From the IMG/VR virus record IMGVR_UViG_3300044732_001058: 64,000 nucleotides of DNA; one strand, given 5' to 3'. Position numbers and translations under genes: made by a program. Below the pieces are notes generated by a model. It had not been told where the DNA came from. It saw only the letters and a program-made list of their open reading frames with translations, and ran no database searches. Source of the stretch: an uncultured virus (IMG/VR IMGVR_UViG_3300044732_001058). Lineage: Duplodnaviria; Heunggongvirae; Uroviricota; Caudoviricetes. Numbering within the stretch: position 1 is the first letter of the stretch; each line of letters begins with the position of its first letter. Below are positions 9,410 to 20,500 of the stretch, in pieces.

Positions 9410-12075
9410 TATAATGATGATATTTTACCAGCTAAATTAAAAATATTTGGAAACCTAACTCTATCAGTAATATTTAAATAAGAATTCGAAGCTATTCCTG
9501 TAAATAATTTCATATAACTTTGCAATAAATGATTATTAACTTTTCTATTTTCATCATTAAATAGAACTCTATTGTAACATAAAATATCAAAAAAACTAGT
9601 AGACATTGCAGTGTCGTTATTTTCTAATCTAAATGTTGTAGATAATATTTCTGAAATAAAGTTATTTATATTTCTTGCTGATGATTCTGTACTAAAATTT
9701 AAATCATAAAAAGTATGCAATTGCCCGTTTACGTATATTGTATAAACCGATCCAGTTCTTTTTATATTTAAAATAAATGGATATATTGTGAAAGAACTAG
9801 TGTTCAAACATTTAGATAATTGATAATATGAATTTTCAGCCCCTTTATTGAATAAAAAGAAATCTTTTGGCGCTTCATTGGCAATTTGAAAATTGTACAA
9901 TAAAGAAGTGAAAAAATTAAAAGTATTAGGCTCTGCAAAATTATTAATAGAAACATTTGTATCAGTGAATTGTTTGAAATTTACGTGTTTTTTGCTTATG
10001 TTGGTTGCGTCTGCATACCAATTTATCAAGTTGAAGGTTTTTGGTGGAGTCATTGTTCCCCCAAAACAACCAACTAGATACAAATCAAAATTCTTACAAG
10101 TTGATGAGCCAGAAATAAGCCCAGAAAGAGAACCGTTTGTAATAGTTAAAGCTCTGTATCCTGTTGAATTAAAATTAGAATTATACGAAACACCTCCGCT
10201 TAACGTATTTAAAGTAAAAATTGTTGAAGCGTTATTATTTTGTGCTACCCAAGATGACGAGCTTGTCAATAAAGAATTTTCTAATCTAAAAATATAATCA
10301 GTAGGTATATCAGTGTTATATAAAGAATATCTCAACGACGAATTAGAGTATTTTTTAATTAAATTTCCAGCTTGAGAAACTGCGCCAGGCATACTTAAAA
10401 AACTTAAACCTTTTGGATCACCATCTATAGGAAAACTATTTACGTTAGTGTATATTTTAGGTTGATAATACTTATCTCTACTAAAACTAAAAGTAGAAAT
10501 CTGATCTAAATATTTAAAATAAAAAGTATTAGAACCGTCTTCTCCATATTCTGATTTATTTGAGAAAAAAGAAGCAACAATAGTAGACGATGTAGTAATT
10601 GAGTCTCCATTTCTAACATGAGTGGCTTGTCCTCTAAATAGATCATATTTAGTATTTATTCCATATTTATTAAAAGCTCCATTTAATTGATAAAGAGTGC
10701 CTTTTATTAAATTATCAGAACTTAAACCATAAGCCTCACCAACTCCTGCAATTTCAGCTATGCCAGCTTTATTACCACCTCCACCAGCAGCTATGAAACT
10801 ATTTTTTTCCGTATAAATATTATAAATAAAATCTTTTATATCCTTATCTGTTTTAGCATCTAATTTGAATACATTTCCACCAGATTTTGAATCTGATAAT
10901 GTTGGGTTTGTTTTATTGTATTCTGCGGTTGTTTTGTTTAATACGCCTTCTAAAAATTCTGTTTTAGCAGAATTCACCCATACATCAGAAGTAATAATAT
11001 CTCCACCTTTTCCAAAGTTTCCAATTATATTGCAATTGTAAGGTATGTAAAAATTAATAAAAGTACCATTTGCATCTCCCGTGAAGTTTTGTAATACTAC
11101 ATTATTTAAATCGACAGCATAACTATTTTCATCTTTAGAAGAGAACGTTGAATTTCCTGGAAAATAAACATTTATACCAGAATAAAATGTAAAATCAGAA
11201 ATTGTTTGATTTGTTTTTAATATTTTTTGTGATAAATCGTAATTTACGTAATTACCATTTTCTATATAAACGTTTAATGCTTTTTTCTTGAATTCAATGT
11301 TTGGTTTAACTCCAGAATTTCCATTAATAACTTCTTCAGACAACTGTTCACTAACCGAATCTATACCTGTAGCATAAATACTTATTCCAGTATTGTTAGT
11401 GCTATATGTATAAATTCTTGCATAATAACCAGTGTCTAAAATTAAAGTTGGAAAATCTTTTTTAGAAACATTTACTGTATTTTCTAATTCTGGATATCCA
11501 TAAAAAGACGCAAATTTAGGATTGTTTGTCGTGTTTTGAGCGCTAATTATTCCAGTCGTAAAAACGGTATTTGTTACAAAATCAGTACCTGTTGCAATAT
11601 CTAATTGATATCCTGTAAAATAATAATTTTTCAAAGATCCAGTACCAGTTGGAGGCAACCAGCTAAAATCATAATTAATTCCATTATTTACATCGTAATT
11701 TTTTAAAGCTACAAATTTACGCACTGCTCCTGCTGTATTGGTTATTATTCTTGATCCAGTTGCATTTATTGTTATTAAACCGCTTGGATCAATAGCTCCA
11801 TCTTCAACAGATTGACCAAAGATTGTAAAATCCGCTGTTTCATCAGCCGCAGAAGCAGTGATTGTTGGTTTATAAAATATATAAAAGACTCCAGTCGAAC
11901 CGTTATTAATTATTAATTCAGAATTAGATGTAGAAAAAACATTTGTATTATTTTTGACATCAATAGCGTACTCTACATCAGAATTTCCACTATTATAAAT
12001 TACTACTGGATAACTAGAACCAAAACCCGTCAAGCATTCACCAATATGTTTTCCTGTTGTATTTACATATGTCAT
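9409..12075 (-). CDS. Putative tail-tip accessory/receptor-binding protein
   Basis: Beta-rich Ig/FN3-like N-terminus (FSWLPP..YQLDIA..YYARI), Gly-rich middle (GNFGKGG, AAGGGG), LamG-like C-terminus (YTIYVNG...DILCYNRVL); within the tail-tip operon. Confidence 0.55.
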   Translation of the reverse strand: MTYVNTTGKHIGECLTGFGSSYPVVIYNSGNSDVEYAIDVKNNTNVFSTSNSELIINNGSTGVFYIFYKPTITASAADETADFTIFGQSVEDGAIDPSGLITINATGSRIITNTAGAVRKFVALKNYDVNNGINYDFSWLPPTGTGSLKNYYFTGYQLDIATGTDFVTNTVFTTGIISAQNTTNNPKFASFYGYPELENTVNVSKKDFPTLILDTGYYARIYTYSTNNTGISIYATGIDSVSEQLSEEVINGNSGVKPNIEFKKKALNVYIENGNYVNYDLSQKILKTNQTISDFTFYSGINVYFPGNSTFSSKDENSYAVDLNNVVLQNFTGDANGTFINFYIPYNCNIIGNFGKGGDIITSDVWVNSAKTEFLEGVLNKTTAEYNKTNPTLSDSKSGGNVFKLDAKTDKDIKDFIYNIYTEKNSFIAAGGGGNKAGIAEIAGVGEAYGLSSDNLIKGTLYQLNGAFNKYGINTKYDLFRGQATHVRNGDSITTSSTIVASFFSNKSEYGEDGSNTFYFKYLDQISTFSFSRDKYYQPKIYTNVNSFPIDGDPKGLSFLSMPGAVSQAGNLIKKYSNSSLRYSLYNTDIPTDYIFRLENSLLTSSSSWVAQNNNASTIFTLNTLSGGVSYNSNFNSTGYRALTITNGSLSGLISGSSTCKNFDLYLVGCFGGTMTPPKTFNLINWYADATNISKKHVNFKQFTDTNVSINNFAEPNTFNFFTSLLYNFQIANEAPKDFFLFNKGAENSYYQLSKCLNTSSFTIYPFILNIKRTGSVYTIYVNGQLHTFYDLNFSTESSARNINNFISEILSTTFRLENNDTAMSTSFFDILCYNRVLFNDENRKVNNHLLQSYMKLFTGIASNSYLNITDRVRFPNIFNLAGKISSL

Positions 12076-14057
12076 AATTTTATTAACGTATTGAAATATA
12101 TGTCCGACTCTGTTAAACCTTTAAATTCTATAAATTTCACTGAAAGATCATGATTGTTTTTAAATTTATATGAATGATTCCATTCTGGACAATAAACATT
12201 TATTAATTTATTATAAGGGGCTGGCAATGTCATTTCAAAAATTTTAAAACCAGCATTCGAATCTAAAAATTTTAAAATAGCTTCAGTTTCTTTATCAGAT
12301 CTATTTGATAAATTATATGTAAATTCTAAATTAGTTTTATTAATTCCATAGTTCTCATAAGCAGCGGCAGAATTATTGAATTCTGTTTTTGTAAATTTTG
12401 GAGAAATTGGAATTTCAAAATCTAATTCTGGTTGAAAATAAAAAGATCTTGTAAATAATGAATTTGCTCCAGAAGGTCTTTGCGTATGTGTGGGAATAGT
12501 ATTATCTATTCCAGTGTACCAATAATAACCTTTTTGACTTTCTGCATTTGTATTATAGTAGACTACGTCATTCTTAAAATAAGATTTAGTTTCGTTAAAA
12601 AAAGAAGTTACATCTTTTCCAGTAACCTGAAACCCTCTATAGTCTAAACTAGAATCATAAGCCGATTCGCATTTGATTGAAATCTTATTTAAATTAGCTT
12701 CTACCGAATTATATTGCAAATCAGAAAAATAAATTTTTGAGTTGTTTTTATATGGAAAGAATAAATCTATTTTAACATTTTCATAAGAATCAACAATATT
12801 TTTAGGAGTATATTCAAAAGTGTTTTGAAAAAATCCTATTAGACATTTAGCTTGAATATCAGTAAGACCATCATAATTTAAATTAAATTGTGAATTTAAA
12901 TTATTTATATTAGGTATTACATTTGTAAAATAATTATCTCCATAGTTCATTCTTTCGGCTTTTGTAGAAAAACTGGCCGAACATCCATATGTTTTATTAA
13001 AAACAGAATCGATTTCTTTTGTTAGATATTGAGATCCAGTTATATTTATTGGAGAATAACGATAATCAGAAACAGTAAAATTAGATTTACAAATATATAA
13101 GCCATCATCATTTGTAAAATGTTTTTCAAAAAGATATTTTTCTACCGCCAATATATCATCATCGGTTGGTGTTTTAGCAAAACCCAATATTTCATAATAA
13201 GAAATGTTTGACGCATCATAATTATATAAATTATTTTGACTTGGATGAGCGTTTTGCGCGGCCCCCATCATTAATCCACTGCATCCAGAATTAAAATGAT
13301 TAGATGTTACGTTTAATAATTCATAACCGTTATTTCTTAATCGTAAATTGTTAGTTGTGTTGTCTTTTATTATAGATACTATATTTTTATTTTTTAAAAC
13401 TTTAGAAGCAGAAAAACAAGAATTAACATTCAATGGAGAATTTTCTGCTGCTCCTGTAGCGTTAATTATAAATTGCTGAGATAAAGACGGAACGGCTGTA
13501 TTCCAACTATATATTTCATTATTACCTGAAACTCCTAAGAATCCACTTGTTGTATAAGTTGTTGCATATAAATCAGTATCTATAATTGTAGCTATATTGG
13601 GCTTTATAGACGCTCCATAATTTCCTTGTCGTAAATCATCGAACTCATAAACCACGAACCAACAACGATCACCTGTTAAAAATCCAACAAAACCATCACC
13701 TGTCGTATATAAACTATTAACAGAGTATTTACTTAAATCCGACTGACAAGTTACACAATTTTTATTTTGATCGTAAAAAGGTCTATTTTCTATTGTTGAA
13801 TAGTTATTAAGATCTTGACCTATTTCATGACCTACAGCGTTATTATACCATTTATAAATACGTCCTGATGCATCAAATTCTAGATTATTTAAATCATCGA
13901 GATTGAACCATGCGTAAAGACCAGACAAATTAGTTGGATCTTTTAAATTGCCAGTAAAATATTCAAAGTCAACTAAATTATATTGCACATAAGAATCGCC
14001 AATATCAAAATCAGCTATTCCAGAAACTGAAAACTGCGTGTCTAAAAATTTACTCAT
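12072..14057 (-). CDS. Distal tail protein with two lambda gpM-like domains and an N-terminal LamG-like domain
   Basis: Two copies of the gpM-like pattern (YGDNY...NINNL...FNLNY...AKCLIGFF and EFNNS...GINKT...FTYNL..RSDKETEAILKFL); N-terminal LYAWF..DD...KWYN...EILGF...VEKYL. Confidence 0.7.
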   Translation of the reverse strand: MSKFLDTQFSVSGIADFDIGDSYVQYNLVDFEYFTGNLKDPTNLSGLYAWFNLDDLNNLEFDASGRIYKWYNNAVGHEIGQDLNNYSTIENRPFYDQNKNCVTCQSDLSKYSVNSLYTTGDGFVGFLTGDRCWFVVYEFDDLRQGNYGASIKPNIATIIDTDLYATTYTTSGFLGVSGNNEIYSWNTAVPSLSQQFIINATGAAENSPLNVNSCFSASKVLKNKNIVSIIKDNTTNNLRLRNNGYELLNVTSNHFNSGCSGLMMGAAQNAHPSQNNLYNYDASNISYYEILGFAKTPTDDDILAVEKYLFEKHFTNDDGLYICKSNFTVSDYRYSPINITGSQYLTKEIDSVFNKTYGCSASFSTKAERMNYGDNYFTNVIPNINNLNSQFNLNYDGLTDIQAKCLIGFFQNTFEYTPKNIVDSYENVKIDLFFPYKNNSKIYFSDLQYNSVEANLNKISIKCESAYDSSLDYRGFQVTGKDVTSFFNETKSYFKNDVVYYNTNAESQKGYYWYTGIDNTIPTHTQRPSGANSLFTRSFYFQPELDFEIPISPKFTKTEFNNSAAAYENYGINKTNLEFTYNLSNRSDKETEAILKFLDSNAGFKIFEMTLPAPYNKLINVYCPEWNHSYKFKNNHDLSVKFIEFKGLTESDIYFNTLIKL

Positions 14058-14884
14058 AATGAATTCCTAAGTGGAGCAACCCTTTGGCTAATTGCCATAG
14101 TGCTTTGTAATATTCCATTTGAATCTATATTCAAAGATCTTGAATCCAATCTACCAGATATACTAAAAGTATTTAATAAATTATTATTATAATCTTTTAA
14201 ATATATATCGCAAATAGATTCTATACCCTCAATATCTAAAACATTAGATTTTTTAAAATAATTACCATCAACTGATACCGCTTTTGCTTTATTTATTTTT
14301 GCTACTCTAAATGGCGTTATTTCACCATTTTTATAAAATGGAACTCTATCACAACTTTCATTATATGAATAACTAAAGATTTCAGAAAATCCAAAAACAT
14401 TAGATAAATCAGATATATAAGAATTATTTGAATGAGAAATCTGTGTCAATTTTTGCACGGCTGGACCAGTTGGCCCACTTGGCCCACCTATATCATTATT
14501 CTTTAAATTGTATGTGCTATTTGTAGAGTTTATTTTTCCATACCAATCAAAATCAATACTTAATAAAATAGGAGAAAATTGCGATGCTGTAAAACTTATA
14601 CTTTTAACATAACAATTTTCAACAGAAACGCCACCAAAACTACAATTTATACTTGACTCTGAAGAGTTTACTATATTAAGATAATTTGGTAATGATCCAG
14701 TAAGATAAAATTCTGTAGATAATGATCCAACCACAGTCTCTTGAGGAGCGTATCTCAATAAGCTTCCATCAGCTAATAAGACTGGCTGAATATTAGATCT
14801 TAAAGAAATTTTAACAGATGTAGAATAAAAAATTTCGCTATTTATTCTAAAATCTAAATTTTCATATTTTATGAATTTACTCAT
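14054..14884 (-). CDS. Putative tail tube-fold/tip protein
   Basis: Beta-rich; segments resemble the tube and tube paralogue (CYVKSISFTAS..SP; IFSYSYNESCDRVPFY); located between TMP and Dit. Confidence 0.45.
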   Translation of the reverse strand: MSKFIKYENLDFRINSEIFYSTSVKISLRSNIQPVLLADGSLLRYAPQETVVGSLSTEFYLTGSLPNYLNIVNSSESSINCSFGGVSVENCYVKSISFTASQFSPILLSIDFDWYGKINSTNSTYNLKNNDIGGPSGPTGPAVQKLTQISHSNNSYISDLSNVFGFSEIFSYSYNESCDRVPFYKNGEITPFRVAKINKAKAVSVDGNYFKKSNVLDIEGIESICDIYLKDYNNNLLNTFSISGRLDSRSLNIDSNGILQSTMAISQRVAPLRNSL

Positions 14885-16626
14885 TAAATAATAATGTATT
14901 TTAAAGAGCTTGTTACTTTTACTGGAATATTTAATGTTGTAAAATCCGACTTAAATAATCTAAATTGAAGCAACTGACCAGAAGTAAAACTTCCAAACGT
15001 AGTGAATACTATTTCAGCTATTTGATTAGTATTTAATGTTACTGTTCCACTACATTTGACATTAGCATAATCTCCAGTTGTATTTATATTGTTATAACCG
15101 TTTGTAGCCGTAACTGCTGGAGTTATTGCGTAAAATTGAAAAACAACATTAGTGGCAATCGTGTCTGATGTTAATAATTTTACTCTTTCTAATTTACCAT
15201 TATACATTGACACTCCAAATGGAGCATCATTATTAAAGTTACCACTACTAACCGTAGAAGAACCATTAACACCGAAAGGATCTATATATATATTTGATGT
15301 GCCAGTTAAACTTGAATTATGCACTTCAATAAAATGACCTTTACAGTAAGAAGAGTTTGTTGTAAATCTCCCATCAATATCAAAATCACCAACTGTAGAT
15401 AATTTTGCGACAACATTTGGGCTTGTTCCAAAATAACCTCCTTTTATAAAAACAAAATCATCTGATCCACCGAATGTTGTATCATTATATATATTGCCTA
15501 TAGACCATTTATCTGTATCTACTGCACTATCATATCTAGAAAAAGTTGCAAATGAATTTCTTGGACCAGTATCTGCACCACCTATAGCTTTATTAGCAGC
15601 TATAATTATTTCACATGTTTTAACCGTTCCAGTGTTGGCGAAGTGAGCTACTGTTTCAGAAGATATTGTATTAACGTCTAATTTATATTGTGGAGCGCTT
15701 ATTCCAAGCCCCAATAAACCTTCTCCAGCGTGACTATAAACTAAATTTGAAACCGAATCGTCATAAGATGGACCAAGGTAAGTTTTATTATTTATTACCC
15801 CAAAATATCCAGAATCAACTGTATTTCCTAAAGCTAAAGTTGTATTATTTGTATTACCATCTAATCTAGTTACTATTCCAGATCCGCTTACGTTTAATGG
15901 CGCATAAGGAGTTGTAGTATTAATTCCAACTTTTGGTAATAATAAATCATTATCAATATATATAGCATTATATCCCAATCTAATATCAGCTAAATTATTA
16001 TAATTTATTGAAAACACTTCATCAGTAGCGTTAGTTTTTATTTCACCATTATATGGATCTAATATAATTGAATTTCCAGAATTTTGAAATTCAGAAAACT
16101 CGCCACTTACTAAAAATTTTCTTGTTAAAGCTCCAGTAGTTCCATGAAACGCAAAATTTCCGCTTTGATCGACAACCATTAAATTAGTAAAAGTGCTGCC
16201 ATTATTTATTGATGATTCTAAATATAATTTTGTATCATTAGGCTCCTTTGCTATTTGATAATACAGGTTTGGATCTGTTATAGAAATTCCAATTTTTCTA
16301 GCTGCGCTAGACGTACTAATTCTAATTTGACCTGATCCATTCGTTGCGCTTGTATTATCAGCAACATCTAATGATACATAAGGAGTTTTATCATTTACAC
16401 CAACAAATCCATTACTACCACTTACTGTTAAACCAACAAGACCCGCACTTTCAAATAAAGAAATACCACTAGCGTTTTGTGCTGTTAGATAATTAAAAGA
16501 CTTGGCTAATTCAGATCTTTCTATTTTATTATTATTGGCGGACGTAGAATCTGAAACTAAAAAGATATCTGTATCTACAACAGCGCTTCCTAATTTTGCC
16601 GATAAGCTTGAAAGTGTTATTGACAT
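14884..16626 (-). CDS. Putative tail fibre/spike protein
   Basis: N-terminal ITLSSL...DTDIFLVSD...KI anchor-type motif; repeated GFVGVNDKTP, KVGINTTTP and LLGLGISAPQYKLDV fibre motifs. Confidence 0.65.
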   Translation of the reverse strand: MSITLSSLSAKLGSAVVDTDIFLVSDSTSANNNKIERSELAKSFNYLTAQNASGISLFESAGLVGLTVSGSNGFVGVNDKTPYVSLDVADNTSATNGSGQIRISTSSAARKIGISITDPNLYYQIAKEPNDTKLYLESSINNGSTFTNLMVVDQSGNFAFHGTTGALTRKFLVSGEFSEFQNSGNSIILDPYNGEIKTNATDEVFSINYNNLADIRLGYNAIYIDNDLLLPKVGINTTTPYAPLNVSGSGIVTRLDGNTNNTTLALGNTVDSGYFGVINNKTYLGPSYDDSVSNLVYSHAGEGLLGLGISAPQYKLDVNTISSETVAHFANTGTVKTCEIIIAANKAIGGADTGPRNSFATFSRYDSAVDTDKWSIGNIYNDTTFGGSDDFVFIKGGYFGTSPNVVAKLSTVGDFDIDGRFTTNSSYCKGHFIEVHNSSLTGTSNIYIDPFGVNGSSTVSSGNFNNDAPFGVSMYNGKLERVKLLTSDTIATNVVFQFYAITPAVTATNGYNNINTTGDYANVKCSGTVTLNTNQIAEIVFTTFGSFTSGQLLQFRLFKSDFTTLNIPVKVTSSLKYIII

Positions 16627-16629
16627 ATT

Positions 16630-17529
16630 TTAATTTAAATATCCTTTGTAATTAAGTTTTACACTTAAAATCTCATCCGCATTCGAATTAAATTCTTGAG
16701 ACACTAATTTAACATTATTAAAAGATTGATTAAACAAAGAAACCCCAACAGATTTTCTAGCCACAATTAAATCATCTATTCCGACATCTAAATCTTGATT
16801 TGAATCTGCCAATAGATTTTGATCTTGCAGAACAGCTCCAACAATTAACAAACTAAACGAAGAATCAATATCATTATTTAATTGCTCGTATAATTTTCTG
16901 GATTGAAAATCATCAATTTCAATATTAAAACTTACGCTTATTTCTATAGGAAAATCACACAATACCTCATATGGAATATAATTATTTGATGTTTGCAATG
17001 TATAAATTGGTTTTTTAGGAGAATTTATAGAATAATCGAAATTAGTTATTCTATTAGATGAAGAGCCGCTACATGTTATACTTATATCTTTTACTTGTGG
17101 AACAGTAACATATCTTGCTTGTCTAGTGCCTGATGCTGAGTATCCAGATCCTATATCTCCAAAAACTTGAATACTCATCGAAGTCTGTGGAATATCACCA
17201 ACCGAACAAGACAAGCCAAAAGAACTTAAATATCCACTTTGAAATCCTATTGATCTATTATTATAATTTATGCTTCCAGCAAAACTAGGAGCTATTAAAT
17301 TATTTTTTTGACCTGTAAAATTTAAAAACGGCTCATTATATACTAAATATTTATTAACATTAAATTCAGCCGTAGGTACATCCGCAATTACTTGTTTATT
17401 ATACCCAATTCCTATTGTGTTAATTGGCGCATAATTAATTGAATACGAACCATCAACTGATATAACCCCTGAAATAGCTTGGCCGTCAAGATAAAAAACA
17501 TTTTCATAATTAAGTATTGTATTTTTCAT
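16630..17529 (-). CDS. Tail tube protein paralogue (tube initiator-like)
   Basis: YLSSFGLSCSVGDIPQTSMSIQVF aligns by eye with tube FVSEYSFEASVGAIPTASVTVEAF; immediately after TMP. Confidence 0.6.
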   Translation of the reverse strand: MKNTILNYENVFYLDGQAISGVISVDGSYSINYAPINTIGIGYNKQVIADVPTAEFNVNKYLVYNEPFLNFTGQKNNLIAPSFAGSINYNNRSIGFQSGYLSSFGLSCSVGDIPQTSMSIQVFGDIGSGYSASGTRQARYVTVPQVKDISITCSGSSSNRITNFDYSINSPKKPIYTLQTSNNYIPYEVLCDFPIEISVSFNIEIDDFQSRKLYEQLNNDIDSSFSLLIVGAVLQDQNLLADSNQDLDVGIDDLIVARKSVGVSLFNQSFNNVKLVSQEFNSNADEILSVKLNYKGYLN

Positions 17530-17530
17530 T

Positions 17531-20500
17531 TTATGCTTTTCTTGTACCAGCTAATGAACCGCCAAATCTTTGTTGTTCACGAATAACATCAAGAACTGCT
17601 CCATATATTTTAGTATTAAGATTATTTGATAATTCAACATCTTGCTGTTTATATGTTGAACTATCTGCTCCCATTTGTATAGCGCCGTCTCTATTAACTG
17701 AAGTGTTGAAATTAAATGAATTACTAGCATTACTATTATTAACAGTATTAGAATTATTAGCTACAGCAGATGTTCCCCCGCTTTGCATTCCTACACCATA
17801 TTGTTTAACCATTGGGCTATTATATAATCCACCTTCCATATAAGCAGGAATTGTATCTGATAAACGAGAACCTATTGAACCACCAGTCTGACGACCCATA
17901 GGTTTTGTAACTAAAGCTCTATTTGGTCCAAATGATGGTCCTGATAAAAATGAATTAAATCCTGATTGTATATTAGTTGGACCTTTATACTCAAAATTAT
18001 TTCCTAATAATCCAGATTTTTGAAATTTAGCTAAAGATCCAAGTTCTGAATTTGTCATTCCAGCGCCTCCAGTTGCATTTAGCTTGGCGGATAAAGTTTG
18101 AGCTTTACCAGCTTGGATATTTCCCATTTTATTAGATATTCCAGCGCCTATTCCAATTGTTGCTATAGAAGCTACAATAGACCCAACCATTTGGGCTGTT
18201 TGAGCTTGTCTTGCGCGTTTCTTTTGTCTGGCTTGTTCAGCTTTTTGTATTTCAGTGTCACGTAATTCTTTGTATAATGAACTATTTTCAAGACCAAAAG
18301 TAGTCATACCATCTTCCATTGACTTTATATCACTCAATTCCGCATTGAACGCTCCACCACTAGCGAAACGAGGCGCAGCAGAGAAATTCAAAGTATCAAG
18401 AGCGGCAGGACCACCCATTGCCATTACCGCTCTTCTATTTAATACATATTCACCATTCTCAAGCATGGCTGGATATTTATCTCCAGAACCAGTTCCAGAA
18501 ACATACATGCCAGATTGTGCGCGTACAACACCTCCTTTTTGAGCCGTAAATAGACTTTCAATTCCTGATCCACTTATCAATTTTGAAACACCAACCTCCA
18601 TTAATCTATTACTAATAGTATCTAAGAAATTAGCAGCAACACCTAAAAGAGCATCACCAAGATTATCAGTTTCTTTTACTGCCGCTTTTATAGCATTTAC
18701 CATTCCATCTCTAAAAAGCATAGGCGTATCTTTTGCCAATCTATTTAATCCAGTATCAGCATCTTCTTGTATTTGATCGAAACCTTCTTTGAATCCCATC
18801 CTTATCGATTGTCTATCTTTAGCTTCTTGTCTAACTTTACTATTCAAAATGTCTTGTATTGAACGCATTTTATCTAATTCATCAACATTAGAATTTAATA
18901 TGCTATTAATTTCTTTTTCTGTATCTGCTAATGTTTTGGCGGCTTCACCTTGCAAACCATATTGATTTCTAATATTCGATAATTCTGAAACAAAAGCTTT
19001 AGCTTGATCAACATTAGTGATCTTGCTTGTATCAAGATTTGATATAGCTGTTCTAGCTTTTTCTATTTTACCTAGTTGATCTTCAGTTGATGGACCAACA
19101 AATCCATCTTGAACTAAAGGATTTATTTTTTCTGCTTGCACTTTATTTCTGAATGTTTCGAATTGACTCAACTGTTGTTGAACGTTTTGAGTTGCTTGTG
19201 CGTTTTGACGGCGCTGTCTTAATGCTAAATTTTGTTCATCAAATCCTATTTGTTTTTCAGCTTTTCCTGTAACTCCTAATCCAAAGAAATTTGCTGGTCT
19301 AGATTTTGCAGCGTCTAACCTTTGCTCTTCAATTTCAATTGTATTTAAAATCCCTCTTTGAGCTTTTTCAATTTGCAATAAAGTATTAAGGCGATATATA
19401 TACGCATTATTTATTCTATCGTTTACGTCAGCAATTTTGATATCAGCTTGAGAATTTGATTCAAAAATTTTAGATTCTTTATCAAGACCAATTAATGTTT
19501 GAGATATAATCCCCATTTGTTCTTGCAAAGGTTTATATAAAACTGAAGTTTGATCGATATTTGAAAAGATATATTCTAAATTTTTTCTAAAACTCTCTAA
19601 TGAAGCTGGATCATTTATTTTATCAAGCATATCATCTAAATTAAATAAATCTGTCATATCAGATATATTTACTTTATCAACACCTAAATTTTTATATAAA
19701 TTAGGTTGTTCTGATATAGATACTTTTTCAATTTCTTGAAATGCAGTTTTTATTGGGGTTAATATAGGAAAAAGTGTACTTTTAAGTTGCGATTTTACGT
19801 TTCCTAAAGTATCCGCCCTTGTTAAAGACTGTCTTTCCATCATCAATCCTCTATTTTGCATTATAGTTTCTCTATTTATTCGGCCTTCAGATAATCCAAA
19901 TCCAAAACCAGGCGTTTTTCTAGTATTTTGTAAATCATTCTCTCTTATATCAATGTTTGCTTTTTGACCAGCAATAGAAATTGCTCGTTTTGTATCGCTT
20001 TCTATTAATTTATTTTGTAAGATTAATAATCTTTCTGTACTTTCTGCTTTTCTTTTAGCAACATCGTTCTCAAGAGCGCTTAAAGAAAGATTTTCTTTTT
20101 TAGTTTGAATTAATAACATCAAAGAATCTCGCTCTTTTTTTAATTCAGCGTTTAATGATTTTACCTCGTTTGGATCGACATTTTTATATCCCGCTGCGCT
20201 TGTAGCTTCTACAGAATTTGTATTTTTAATTAATTCATTTATTTGGCTTAATTGTTGTTCTGTAGATGAAGTTTTAAAACTTTCAATTAATTTTTCAAGT
20301 TTTCCAAGCGTACCAGCATCAGATCCACCTAATGTTTTAGGTAATTTTGAACCAATATTTTGTTCAAAATCAGAGGTGAATTTCATTCTAGATGCTTCTG
20401 TTTTAGTTTGAGTTTCTCTATTTCTAGAAGATATTTCTCTTGAAGCTTTTTCTAAAGGAGTTGAAATAGAATCTAAATAATTATTAGCGGCATTTTCCAA

